Source: an uncultured delta proteobacterium
GTDB lineage: Bacteria > Desulfobacterota > Desulfobacteria > Desulfobacterales > JAHEIW01
NCBI GenBank assembly: GCA_963706575.1
Contig: CAVPNL010000015.1
Coordinates: forward strand, 224,001 to 288,000
Length of the DNA stretch: 64,000 nt
Direction: 5' to 3'
Shown here: piece after piece, positions 50,655-60,260 of the stretch
Layout of the letters: every line of letters begins with the position of its first letter
How positions within the stretch are numbered: position 1 is the first letter of the stretch
Position numbers and translations under genes: made by a program
The notes under the pieces: generated by a model
Told to the model about the DNA's origin: nothing
Database searches by the model: none
The model's input: the letters and a program-made list of their open reading frames with translations, nothing else

Positions 50655-50803
50655 ATTGTTTTTTTTATTGCACCGGCTGCTGGAATTAAATCTGTTTAAA
50701 TATTAACAAATCTTTGCGAAATCGCAAAATTATATATGATTCAATATGGTTACGCTTTGACATGCTTTAATTAACCTGTTTTGCAGGTTGGTTTTACAAT
50801 AGA

Positions 50804-50819
50804 TGGCATGTCATTTGCT
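50804..50819 (+). promoter_or_regulatory. sigma54 -24/-12 promoter
   Basis: TGGCATGTCATTTGCT (GG-N10-GC). Confidence 0.75.
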
Positions 50820-50895
50820 CAACGAAAGATCAGTTGGGAACGTGGCGTATGAATTGTATTGATTAACGCTGTGACGATTAAAGGAAGGAACGGTT

Positions 50896-51255
50896 ATGCT
50901 TTTTAAAAAAGAAGGAAACCTAAATTACTGTATCGTAATCGTTTTTTTGTTCATTGTTTTTTTTATTTCAGTTTCACTGGCCTTCAGCCATGGGGGCAAA
51001 CATAAACCGGGAGAGTTTTCGAACCTGCAAGCATTGAAAAAGGCAACTGAGCTATATGATCAACTTATCGGAAAAGGAAAATTGGATCAAAGTTGGGAAA
51101 ATAAACTTTCCCAGGTTGATGTATTCAAACGGGAAAAGGACGATAAAAGTGAAATTGTGGTGTCCTTTCAGCGTGAAAGTGGAGAACCGAAAACTGTCTA
51201 CATCTTCCTTAACGCCGACGGTAAGTATTCCGGGTCCAATTTTACCGGAGACTAG
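50896..51255 (+). CDS. Exported small protein with N-terminal HGGKH
   Basis: Signal peptide ending AFS-H; GKLDQSW, YIFL..DGKYSGSNFTG. Confidence 0.75.
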   Translation: MLFKKEGNLNYCIVIVFLFIVFFISVSLAFSHGGKHKPGEFSNLQALKKATELYDQLIGKGKLDQSWENKLSQVDVFKREKDDKSEIVVSFQRESGEPKTVYIFLNADGKYSGSNFTGD

Positions 51256-51360
51256 ATCGATAGCGAATTTAGAGGGGTTGAAGAAAACTTTTCGCGGAAG
51301 ATGCTGTTTGTTAAAAAGCTTTCTGCCAACTCTATGCGCTTTTTATTGATCAGGAGATTC

Positions 51361-51990
51361 ATGATGAGTCGAAATAATATTCCAGCTAGAAATCAAAAAT
51401 GGCCCACGCTGGCCCAGTTGCCCGTACCGGCAAAAGCATTGGTGAGCGTGGTCATATTAACGATGGCCTTTGCCATGGCCGGTGCGTTAGGTCAAATCAT
51501 CATTCATGACATCATTCCCACATTCTTTTCGGGTCAACCATCCGGTCATCTCGATAATGCTGAAAAGTCTGACCCATACGCATCGAATGAGAGTGATCCG
51601 GCCTCATCCAGCAGGGGTGATCTTTTCTCCGAAGAATCTTTCCAGGCTGAAACTCCCAAGAAACAGACCTGGTACCAAACGGAACAATTCGTCTGGACCC
51701 TAAAATGGACCCATATTCACCTTTTCGGGATAAACATGATTTTTATATTTATGGGAGTCATAACCATTTTTTTAAATATCAGCATCAGGGCACGAACCTG
51801 GCTGGTTATACTTCCGTTTATCGGGGTTTTGGTAGACATTGCAGCCATGTGGCTGAAAGGTCATATTTCGCCGGCATTCTTTTGGCTCCATATTCCCGGC
51901 GGGGGGCTTTTTGGAATTACATTTGCGATTGTCTCGGCTCGGGCATTTTGGGAGATGTCCGGAGTGCGAAAAAACTACGCACAGTATTAA
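51361..51990 (+). CDS. Hypothetical membrane protein with THIHLFG motif
   Basis: AGGAG SD; about 4 TM segments; His pair in a TM helix. Confidence 0.75.
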   Translation: MMSRNNIPARNQKWPTLAQLPVPAKALVSVVILTMAFAMAGALGQIIIHDIIPTFFSGQPSGHLDNAEKSDPYASNESDPASSSRGDLFSEESFQAETPKKQTWYQTEQFVWTLKWTHIHLFGINMIFIFMGVITIFLNISIRARTWLVILPFIGVLVDIAAMWLKGHISPAFFWLHIPGGGLFGITFAIVSARAFWEMSGVRKNYAQY

Positions 51991-52069
51991 ACGAATATTT
52001 CAAAAGTGTAAAAAAATAAACTGCCCATAATTGTTGGTTTTGTAATCTGATAAAATGAGGTTTTCACCG

Positions 52070-52429
52070 ATGAAGAATCTAAATTACAGCGCAGCCAGAC
52101 TTTTTTTAATACTATTAATGGCATTTTCCATAATCGGTTGTGCGAGTGAACCGATAAAAGTCGATTTGCCGGCAAACCATCCCGCTAATCCACAAGCTCA
52201 AGAAGCTGAATTTACCCCACCGCCAAATCCTTTCAGGGAAGATGTTACGGCCATGAAAGGGAAATCAACGCCAGATTCTATGATGAAGCATAAACCGTAT
52301 GAAGAAAGCGGCAAGCAGCATATGGACCATAATATGGGAACAAAAAAAGGGAGTGAACTCGATTCGGACTCGACAAAAAAATCCGGTCAAGGGGAAGGCG
52401 ATAACCAGCATAAGGGGCATAGCCAATGA
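52070..52429 (+). CDS. His/Met-rich small lipoprotein
   Basis: IIGC lipobox, NHPANPQA, His/Met-rich tail; ATGA overlap with the TolC-like gene. Confidence 0.75.
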   Translation: MKNLNYSAARLFLILLMAFSIIGCASEPIKVDLPANHPANPQAQEAEFTPPPNPFREDVTAMKGKSTPDSMMKHKPYEESGKQHMDHNMGTKKGSELDSDSTKKSGQGEGDNQHKGHSQ

Positions 52430-53847
52430 AATATAAACGAAGACGTATAGGACTACTTTTTTGTTTCGTGTTTTTTGCAGCAGGATGTGCTCAGGTCCCC
52501 AAAGAAGCGGGCTTTAATGATGTGAAAGGTCTCGTGGGGCAGCGAGTTGATTACAATCTCCACTGGAATCAGGAAACTGAAGCCGACCTGGAAGTTGAAA
52601 AAGCCATCGAAGATCTGCTTAAGAATGAGCTAACACCGGAGACAACCGTTCAAATTGCTTTGCTTAACAACCCGAACTTGCAGGCAGTCTATGAAGATCT
52701 TGGAATTACCCAGGCGGATGTCGTCGAGGCGGGGCTGCTCGAAAATCCGGTGCTGTTCGGCCAGGCGCGCTTCCCGAACAGATCTGAAGAATCGACCAAT
52801 TATGAATTCGGAATTACGCAAAATTTTTTAAATATCCTGATGCTGCCGGCCCGCAAGAAGCTTTCCGCCATCCACTTTGAGCAGGTGAAACTGCGAGTTG
52901 CCGACGAAGTGATTCAATTGGTCGCCGATGTTAGGAAGTCCTATTTCTTTGTACTCGGTGCCAGACAGATCAGGGACTTGAGAAATGAAATCGCCCTTGC
53001 TGCCGGAAGCTCCTTTGAACTGGCACAGCGTTTACATTCTGCCGGCAATATTGGTGATCTTGATTTGGCCAAAGAAAATGCACATTTTGAGCAGTCCAGG
53101 CTGGATTTGGCAAACAGCGAAGCTGCGCTGCTCGACGCACGTGAGCAGCTGACGCGTTTGATGGGCTTCTGGGGACCTCAAACGAATTGGCGCCTTCCCG
53201 AGCAACTGCCGGATATTCCAACCGATGAAATCCCGCTGGAACACCTGGAGTCGCTTGCCATAGAAAACCGACTCGATCTGGCTGCTGAAAGAAAAGCGGT
53301 AGAAGCCCTGGCGCAGGCCCTGGGTATAACCATCGACTGGCGCTGGGTTGGGCAGATAGAAGTCGGGATCAGCAGAGAACGTGAAACGGACCGAACCTGG
53401 GTCACCGGGCCTTCACTGGCAATCGAGCTTCCGATATTTAACCAGCGCCAGGCGGACATCGCCCGGCTGGAGGCGCAGCTTCGCCGCAGCCAGAAAAGGT
53501 TGACGGCTCAGGCAATAGAGATTCGTTCAGAGGTGCGCTCTTTTAGAAATCGTCTGATCATGCAGCGCAATTTAATTGATCATTACCGTCGCACCGTATT
53601 GCCACTCAGAGAACAAATTGTCGATCTGACGCTTAAAAATTATAACTATATGCTTATCGGCGCTTTTGATTTGCTGATGGCCAAACAGCAGGAGTTTGAA
53701 GCCTATCAAAAGTATCTCGAAACCCTTAGAGATTACTGGATTGTCCGTGCTGACATGCAAAGATCTTTGGGCGGACGGCTACCAAGCCACATGCAGGGCA
53801 GACACAATATTCGAACGGGCCCGGCCGCCGAAAATAAAATAAACTAA
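52426..53847 (+). CDS. TolC-family outer membrane efflux lipoprotein
   Basis: AAGC lipobox, ALLNNPNLQA, AGLLENP, LPIFNQ, helical repeats. Confidence 0.9.
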   Translation: MKYKRRRIGLLFCFVFFAAGCAQVPKEAGFNDVKGLVGQRVDYNLHWNQETEADLEVEKAIEDLLKNELTPETTVQIALLNNPNLQAVYEDLGITQADVVEAGLLENPVLFGQARFPNRSEESTNYEFGITQNFLNILMLPARKKLSAIHFEQVKLRVADEVIQLVADVRKSYFFVLGARQIRDLRNEIALAAGSSFELAQRLHSAGNIGDLDLAKENAHFEQSRLDLANSEAALLDAREQLTRLMGFWGPQTNWRLPEQLPDIPTDEIPLEHLESLAIENRLDLAAERKAVEALAQALGITIDWRWVGQIEVGISRERETDRTWVTGPSLAIELPIFNQRQADIARLEAQLRRSQKRLTAQAIEIRSEVRSFRNRLIMQRNLIDHYRRTVLPLREQIVDLTLKNYNYMLIGAFDLLMAKQQEFEAYQKYLETLRDYWIVRADMQRSLGGRLPSHMQGRHNIRTGPAAENKIN

Positions 53848-53886
53848 ATGAAAAAGAAACCTTTTTCGATAAAGGAGCAAGTACAT

Positions 53887-55170
53887 ATGCTGACAAGACG
53901 TCAAATCCTCATTTCTGCTATGGCCTCACTTGCCGGAGGCACCTTGCTAAAAAAAGCCGATGCGACTTCCGCCAAAAATCAGGCGCACACGCATACAAAC
54001 CCATCTTCTAAACATCAAAGCAGAACCCATTACACGCCGGTGGTAACACCAAATGGCCTTACGCTGCCGTACAAAATGAAAAACGGTGTTAAAGAATTCC
54101 ATTTGATTGCGGAACCGGTTGAACGCGAGTTTGGGCCCGACATGAAAGTCAAATGTTGGGGGTATAATGGCCAGACGCCCGGCCCGGCGATCGAGGCAGT
54201 CGAGGGGGACCGGGTTCGCATATTCGTCACCAATAAGCTGCCTGAGCATACCAGTATTCACTGGCATGGCATTTTTTTGCCAAATGGGATGGATGGTGTC
54301 GGCGGCCTGACCCAACCCCATATCAAACCCGGTGAAACCTATGTTTATGAATTCACCTTGCGGCAGCACGGAACATTTATGTATCATCCGCACGCAGATG
54401 AAATGGTTCAATTGGCAGTGGGGATGATGGGATTTTTTATCATCCATCCCAAAGCGGTAGAGAGCCCGAAAATTGATCGAGATTTCGCTATCATGCTACA
54501 CGAGTGGGCCATCCATCCTGGCACCTATCGTCCGGATCCGGCTGTGATGCTGGATTTCAACATCTTTACGTTCAACAGCAAGGTGTTTCCCGCCATCGAT
54601 CATCTGGTGGTAAAAACCGGTGATCGGGTGCGCATCCGGATTGCCAATCTCAGCATGGACGAACACCCGATTCATATCCACGGGCATTCATATCGCGTCA
54701 CCGCAACGGACGGTGGCAAGATACCAAGGGCTGGACAGTGGCCGGAGACGACCGTACTGGTTCCGGTTGGCTCAACCCGTGATGTTGAATTCATCGCGGA
54801 TGCGCCGGGAGACTGGGCCTTTCACTGTCACAAATCCCATCACACCATGAACCCGATGGGGCATGCCATCCCCAACACACTCGGCGCTAATCAGAATGGG
54901 CTGGAAGAGAAAATTCGGAAAATGATTCCAGGCTATATGGCCATGGGCGAGACCGGAATGGCCGAGCATGCCGAACATGTGAAGCACATGCCCGGCCCCA
55001 AAAATACGTTGCCCATGATGATGGGCAAGGGCCCGTTTGGCAATATTGAAATGGGCGGGATGTTCACAGTGGTTAAAGTTCGGGACCACCTACGATCCTA
55101 TGATAAAGATCCGGGCTGGTATGAACACCCTGAAGGGACAGTGGCTTATCGCCTGGACAATGCTTTATAG
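53887..55170 (+). CDS. Copper oxidase (short multicopper oxidase), Tat-exported
   Basis: TRRQIL Tat motif; HWHG, MYHPH, HPIHIHG, HCHKSHHTM; Met-rich C-terminus; AAGGAG SD. Confidence 0.9.
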   Translation: MLTRRQILISAMASLAGGTLLKKADATSAKNQAHTHTNPSSKHQSRTHYTPVVTPNGLTLPYKMKNGVKEFHLIAEPVEREFGPDMKVKCWGYNGQTPGPAIEAVEGDRVRIFVTNKLPEHTSIHWHGIFLPNGMDGVGGLTQPHIKPGETYVYEFTLRQHGTFMYHPHADEMVQLAVGMMGFFIIHPKAVESPKIDRDFAIMLHEWAIHPGTYRPDPAVMLDFNIFTFNSKVFPAIDHLVVKTGDRVRIRIANLSMDEHPIHIHGHSYRVTATDGGKIPRAGQWPETTVLVPVGSTRDVEFIADAPGDWAFHCHKSHHTMNPMGHAIPNTLGANQNGLEEKIRKMIPGYMAMGETGMAEHAEHVKHMPGPKNTLPMMMGKGPFGNIEMGGMFTVVKVRDHLRSYDKDPGWYEHPEGTVAYRLDNAL

Positions 55171-55203
55171 GCCGCTGATTCAAATCGTTTGCCAAGAGGA
55201 AAA

Positions 55204-55932
55204 ATGGCTATACTCTGGTTTCGAAGTTTATTTTTGAAATTTCGAGCAAAATCTCCGAGCACTCGCATCCTTCCCTTTGCAGATCAGATCGAAGCCTGGC
55301 AAAAAGCCAGTCATAGAATGAAATGGCGAATTCCAAAAACTGAATTTAAAAAAACGGAAATGATGACACCGCCAAAATTAGGCTCAGATGACAGGATTCA
55401 TGGGTACATCGGAACAGCTATCTTTTTTGGTTTTGGTGATGACGGCCGGGGCAATGCAGATCCTGTTCTATCAGCAGAGCAGGCGTGGAATTATGCCCTC
55501 AAAAGCAGAAGAACCTGGCGGTGCGAATATATTGATTTTCAAAAGCCGCAAAATATTCGGCTGCGCCCTGGTGCGCCGGCTCGGCCAAAGGGTTTTTATG
55601 TTGCCAAAATTCTGCCTGGTGAAAGGCACATTCATATGACAGTCTCCCAGGTACGTAAAAAATTCACTACGGACACCGGATGGGGCCCGGAAGGATTTCA
55701 ATTTTTAGCCATCACCCACCCTCATTTCGCTGCTCTGATGAACGAGCGCAAAATTGCTTTTATGGCACTGGCCGATTATGATGTCGCCCCTTACGGTTAC
55801 AATGATTTCTACGATGCACCACAGCTATTTTGCAGCAACAATAAACTGGGGCTCGGTATTGGCAATGTAGATCGAAATTATCCTCTTTTCGGGATTCCCA
55901 CTTTGCAACTTTGCGGCCGATCGCAAGTTTAG
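55204..55932 (+). CDS. Hypothetical protein
   Basis: Long ORF with GAGG SD; no recognised motif. Confidence 0.65.
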   Translation: MAILWFRSLFLKFRAKSPSTRILPFADQIEAWQKASHRMKWRIPKTEFKKTEMMTPPKLGSDDRIHGYIGTAIFFGFGDDGRGNADPVLSAEQAWNYALKSRRTWRCEYIDFQKPQNIRLRPGAPARPKGFYVAKILPGERHIHMTVSQVRKKFTTDTGWGPEGFQFLAITHPHFAALMNERKIAFMALADYDVAPYGYNDFYDAPQLFCSNNKLGLGIGNVDRNYPLFGIPTLQLCGRSQV

Positions 55933-55971
55933 AATTATATTTTCTCAGCAGCTATTGAAGGGCATCTATTT

Positions 55972-56600
55972 ATGAAAAACGCAGGCGCCTCACCTGATTT
56001 TACCCGTAAGCGATATAATCGGATTGCTTTTCTCTATGATTTTATGGAAGCTCCCATGGAAGGCCTGCGTTTTGCCTCGTGGCGACAGAGGCTGACGGAT
56101 CGAATTGCAGGCCCGACAGCCCTGGAAGTCGGTGTGGGGACCGGTAAAAATTTAGCATATTACCCGGAAGATGTGCGCATAACCGCTATTGATCTCAGCC
56201 CGCGAATGCTTGCAAGGGCGCGCAAAAAAGCGAATAAATTGAATATTAGAGCGGATTTGCAGGAAATGGATGTCCAGTATCTAAAATTTCCGGATCATTC
56301 GTTTGATACGGTGTTTGCTACCTTCGTGTTTTGTTCGGTGCCGGACCCTGTAATGGGACTGCGCGAGCTTAGAAGGGTTTGCAAACCGGAAGGCAGACTG
56401 CTTCTTCTTGAACACATGCGGCCGTGCAATGCAGGTTTGGCTTTTTTCTTTGATGCCCTCAATCCCATGGTTGTTCGAATGATGGGTGCAAATATAAACC
56501 GCCGGACGATAGACAATATTAGAACGGCGGGTTGGCAAATTCGAGAAGGAAGAACACCTATCATTCAGATATCGTTCGGTGGATAGAAGCCGTACCCTGA
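55972..56600 (+). CDS. Class I SAM methyltransferase (probable indels near the C-terminus)
   Basis: LEVGVGTG, DLSPRML, TFVFCSVPDP, LLEH; another frame gives DIVRWIEAVP-TGA 56600. Confidence 0.85.
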
Positions 56601-56632
56601 AAATTAAAATTACAAGCCGCTGCATTTTTATA

Positions 56633-56661
56633 TTGACGCACGGTTTTACATTGAATATACT
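56633..56661 (+). promoter_or_regulatory. sigma70 promoter
   Basis: TTGACG-17nt-TATACT, 9 nt before ATG 56671. Confidence 0.55.
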
Positions 56662-56670
56662 ACTAGTGGT

Positions 56671-57108
56671 ATGAAGATAGAATTAAATAAACTGAAACCG
56701 TTTGGCCGAAAGTCGATTTGCGTCATCCTTATCCTGTTGACTGGCATCGGCTTTGCTTTTGGCAGTGCTGTGGCAAACAGTTGCGAAGGCGGTGCGGATT
56801 GCGTGGTTTGCGCCAAACTAACGCACGGGCATGTTCCGGGTGCGGCGGCGGATATGCAAAATCCGGGTTGTCCATCGGATGGGCAAAACGCTACCTGCGG
56901 CTTTGAAGCCAGCCAGGACCCGGATGAACTTCGCGGCATTGTTTCCGCTGTCAGATCATACCACCAGGCGTATGCCGGCATTTTTGCGGCTGTATCTGAT
57001 GAATCTGGCCAAACCTTTCTACCGAAAAAATTTGCCGCACAATTTCTTTTGTCTGATTCAGGTGGAACAGCCCCTATCTATCTACTCAATCAAGCCCTGC
57101 TCTGTTAA
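56671..57108 (+). CDS. Hypothetical exported Cys-containing protein
   Basis: Signal-like N-terminus; C-x5-CVVC, further Cys; C-terminal PIYLLNQALLC. Confidence 0.6.
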   Translation: MKIELNKLKPFGRKSICVILILLTGIGFAFGSAVANSCEGGADCVVCAKLTHGHVPGAAADMQNPGCPSDGQNATCGFEASQDPDELRGIVSAVRSYHQAYAGIFAAVSDESGQTFLPKKFAAQFLLSDSGGTAPIYLLNQALLC

Positions 57109-57159
57109 GTCTCCCCAACCCGGTTCTGTTTAAATTTTCCCCATTACAAATTCGATAAC

Positions 57160-57208
57160 TGGATACTTTTTATCCAGCATGCGTGTCAGTAAGGATACTT
57201 AATATCCG
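57160..57208. promoter_or_regulatory. Paired 17-bp palindromic upstream activator-like sites
   Basis: TGGATA-CTTTT-TATCCA (57160-57176) and AGGATA-CTTAA-TATCCG (57192-57208). Confidence 0.65.
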
Positions 57209-57325
57209 GCTTTCAGTTATATTTGGGGAATATTTCTGTTTAAAAAGCTAAAATTCAAACTCACTTTTTTTAAATTTTATTTTAATTCAGCGTGTTAGTG
57301 TGTTGACTCAAATTAATGAGACATA

Positions 57326-57341
57326 TGGCACGGCCATTGCT
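57326..57341 (+). promoter_or_regulatory. sigma54 -24/-12 promoter
   Basis: TGGCACGGCCATTGCT, near-consensus. Confidence 0.85.
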
Positions 57342-57409
57342 ATTTATTCTAGAAAAGAAAAATTTAATTTTTGTTTGGATAAATTCTCAATAACCAAGGA
57401 GGCATAGAA

Positions 57410-57769
57410 ATGACAAAACGAACCAAACCAATTTTTACCGCGTCACTGATTTTGGCCATTGCGCTGCTGATTAATTTTGTGGGTCTGGACATCGCAAATG
57501 CTTGCGGATGGGGCCAGGGTGGGGGCCAGAGCTATGTGCCCCAGAGACGGGATCAAAATGGATATTTATCACAAAAACAGACACTTACGCAAGAGCAAGC
57601 CAAGGATATTGTCGCGAATTATGTCAAAAGACTGAATCCCAATCTTACGGTTGGAAATGTTAAAGATAATGGAAGCTTCTACGAAGCTGAAATAATTGCT
57701 GAGGATAATGAGGTCATCCAGCTTGTGGGTATCGATAAACAATCCGGACGCCTTATCATTCTGAATTAA
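57410..57769 (+). CDS. Exported PepSY-like small protein
   Basis: AGGAGG SD; signal peptide; LTQEQAKDIV..YEAEI..IDKQSGR. Confidence 0.7.
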   Translation: MTKRTKPIFTASLILAIALLINFVGLDIANACGWGQGGGQSYVPQRRDQNGYLSQKQTLTQEQAKDIVANYVKRLNPNLTVGNVKDNGSFYEAEIIAEDNEVIQLVGIDKQSGRLIILN

Positions 57770-57949
57770 AATTCGACAGATCCTTGATCAACCCTGTTTC
57801 GAGAATACCAATGAGCAAAAAGAGCTTATTTTCAGAAAATTAGCTCATGCGGTTTTTTCTGTATTGACGTTTATCAGGGTTTCAAGGAATGCTGCCGACA
57901 GAAAGCGAATTCGCTGAAATTGCAAATAAATTCATTTCAGGAGCCATTT

Positions 57950-58423
57950 ATGCACAGGCGCAATAGAATACTGGACCTTTGTTTTCTTGTTTTGATAATT
58001 GTAATTTTAGCCGGGGTGCCTTTCGGCATCGCCTATTACGATCGGCAGGTTTCATCCCAAAAAATCCCCTCGCAAGCCCGGGTATTTGCGCTTACCGGGC
58101 ACGCCGAAAGAGGCTGGCTGACGGGTCAGGTTTCGGCTTATGATGCCGTCACTTTCTGGCAAAAGCAGGGTCTGCCGATAGAAAGACCGGAAATTGAGGT
58201 TAAAAAAGGCGATATGGTGGTTTTTAAACTGGCGAGCAGTGACGTCGTTCACGGCTTCAGTTTAAAAGACTTCGGCATTTATCTGACGGACGGCATCCAG
58301 CCGGGGAAGGTTATTTACGTTTCGTTCAAGGCCGACAGGTCGGGAACCTTTACTTTTTCCTGCAATGCAATCTGCGGTGATATGCATCAGAACATGCAGG
58401 GGACACTGGTCGTCAGGGCTTGA
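57950..58423 (+). CDS. Membrane-anchored CuA-domain protein (CoxB/NosZ C-terminal-like)
   Basis: One TM helix; DVVHGF..CNAICGDMHQNM = H..CxxxCxxxHxxM. Confidence 0.85.
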   Translation: MHRRNRILDLCFLVLIIVILAGVPFGIAYYDRQVSSQKIPSQARVFALTGHAERGWLTGQVSAYDAVTFWQKQGLPIERPEIEVKKGDMVVFKLASSDVVHGFSLKDFGIYLTDGIQPGKVIYVSFKADRSGTFTFSCNAICGDMHQNMQGTLVVRA

Positions 58424-58544
58424 GCGGTTGTTTTCAAATATGATTCGATTAAGATCGACATTGCCGCAATAAACGGGGTTAATCGATTTTGGAATTTTTA
58501 ATGATATCTTAACCCCGTTTCGTATATGAATTTAAGGAAAAGGT

Positions 58545-60242
58545 ATGCAAAAGATTACCAAAAATGTTGTGCTGTTGGGTCTAATTTTGTTGGTGGTCAT
58601 GCTGGCAGCGGGATATTACGCGATGACCGGAGCCGCGAACGCGGCGGGTGAGAATCTACCTTCCGTCACGATTCGGGGCCGTGTGACTTCAGTTTATGGC
58701 CCGGTAGAAAATGCCAGAGTCAGAATAATCGGTGAAGAACGCTTCACGCTTACCGACCGCCAGGGGCGCTATGAGCTTCAAACCACGCATTCACCGGGCG
58801 AACGCGTCATCGTAGTCGCCGGCAAGGAAGGCTGGTTTAACTATGGGCAAATTGCCAATTTTTCGGGCCGCACGCGGGATATCTTTTTAAACCCGGTTTA
58901 TCTCGCTGATCGCGCCGATTATCGGTTTATCTCTCCGGTGACCTGCGCCGGATGTCATGTAAAACTGACCCGTTACTACGACCAATCCAAAATGGCCCAC
59001 ACCACCTCCAATCCCAAGCTGCTGAACATGTATTACGGAACCGATGCCTTTAATCGACCGGGTGTCGGGCCGGGATACAGGCTGGACAATCCCAAAAGCG
59101 AAGGCAATTGTACGACCTGTCACGCACCATCGGCTGCCGGCGCTATCCCGGCGTCTCAGGATTTAACAAACGTACTGCGCTCTCCCTGGGTAGAATGGGA
59201 CGGCATTAGCTGTGACTATTGTCACAAGGTCAGAAAAGTCATCAAGGACAAGTCCAAACCCAGCCAGACGACCGCCGTTCATGAAAGGCAAACGCCGGTT
59301 CAGGGCAACTCCATTCTTGTCTTTGGACCTTACGATGATGTGATTGCACCGCCAATGTCGGCATCGTATAACCCGGTCTTCGATCAGGGGCAGTTTTGTT
59401 CCCTGTGCCACAGCCAGTCTGAGAAGCTGGAAAGCGGCAATACCTGGGACAGCAGTAAGATTTATTCAGCTGCCGAATGGAAAGCATTTGGCCTGAAAGA
59501 CAAAACGCTCATTCCCATCCAGACGACTTATCAGGAATGGAGGCAGTGGCAGGATCAACTTCCGGCCGGCGACGCCAATAAAGGCAAGAAATGCCAGGAC
59601 TGCCACATGAGCTGGCGCAAAGAGATGCTGCCTTACGATAATTATGTCGTCGACGGCAATGCGCGCAACATGTGGGGCAACTTCAGGTCACCTAAAAACA
59701 TTCGGCCGCATCATTTTGACGGGGGTACTGAAACCCAGCTGAAAACCGCGCTGGCTCTGGAGCTGGAAGGAGTGGTTTCCGACAACAAACTGACGATTAC
59801 AACTTTCATCACCAATACCAACGGCGGTCACTGGGTGCCTACCGGAGAGACCATGCGCAGTGTGATGCTGCTGCTCAAGGCCACCGACTCCAGCGGAAAA
59901 CCCCTTAAAATGATAAAAGGCAGCACACTTCCGGATTGGACCGGAAAGGGGAATGTTAAGACTGGCAATTATGCCGGGCTGTCCGGGGCAGTCTTTGCAC
60001 GGGTACTGGGTGATGACGAAGGCAATCTGAATGTACCCTTCTGGAAAGCCACCCGGATTGTCTCAGATACGCGCATCCGACCGAAAAAGACCGTAACGTT
60101 TAAATTCGAATTTCTTGTCGAAGACCCGGATGACGAACCCACGGCCGAAGCCAGTCTCATCTACCGTCCGGCTTTCAAATCGCTGGCAAAGATGAAAAGC
60201 TGGGATGTCGAGGACATCTTAATTACCAGCAGTGTCTGGTAG
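58545..60242 (+). CDS. Multiheme c-type cytochrome (5 CxxCH) with N-terminal carboxypeptidase-regulatory-like beta domain
   Basis: CAGCH, CTTCH, CDYCH, CSLCH, CQDCH; signal/TM; IRGRV..PVENARV..TDRQGRY; GHWVPTG. Confidence 0.88.
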   Translation: MQKITKNVVLLGLILLVVMLAAGYYAMTGAANAAGENLPSVTIRGRVTSVYGPVENARVRIIGEERFTLTDRQGRYELQTTHSPGERVIVVAGKEGWFNYGQIANFSGRTRDIFLNPVYLADRADYRFISPVTCAGCHVKLTRYYDQSKMAHTTSNPKLLNMYYGTDAFNRPGVGPGYRLDNPKSEGNCTTCHAPSAAGAIPASQDLTNVLRSPWVEWDGISCDYCHKVRKVIKDKSKPSQTTAVHERQTPVQGNSILVFGPYDDVIAPPMSASYNPVFDQGQFCSLCHSQSEKLESGNTWDSSKIYSAAEWKAFGLKDKTLIPIQTTYQEWRQWQDQLPAGDANKGKKCQDCHMSWRKEMLPYDNYVVDGNARNMWGNFRSPKNIRPHHFDGGTETQLKTALALELEGVVSDNKLTITTFITNTNGGHWVPTGETMRSVMLLLKATDSSGKPLKMIKGSTLPDWTGKGNVKTGNYAGLSGAVFARVLGDDEGNLNVPFWKATRIVSDTRIRPKKTVTFKFEFLVEDPDDEPTAEASLIYRPAFKSLAKMKSWDVEDILITSSVW

Positions 60243-60260
60243 TTTCAGGAGGAATAAAAT

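Noticed and set aside
57950..58423. Calling this coxB or nosZ
   Set aside because: Only the CuA domain with one TM helix; no subunit I or beta-propeller CuZ domain in the window
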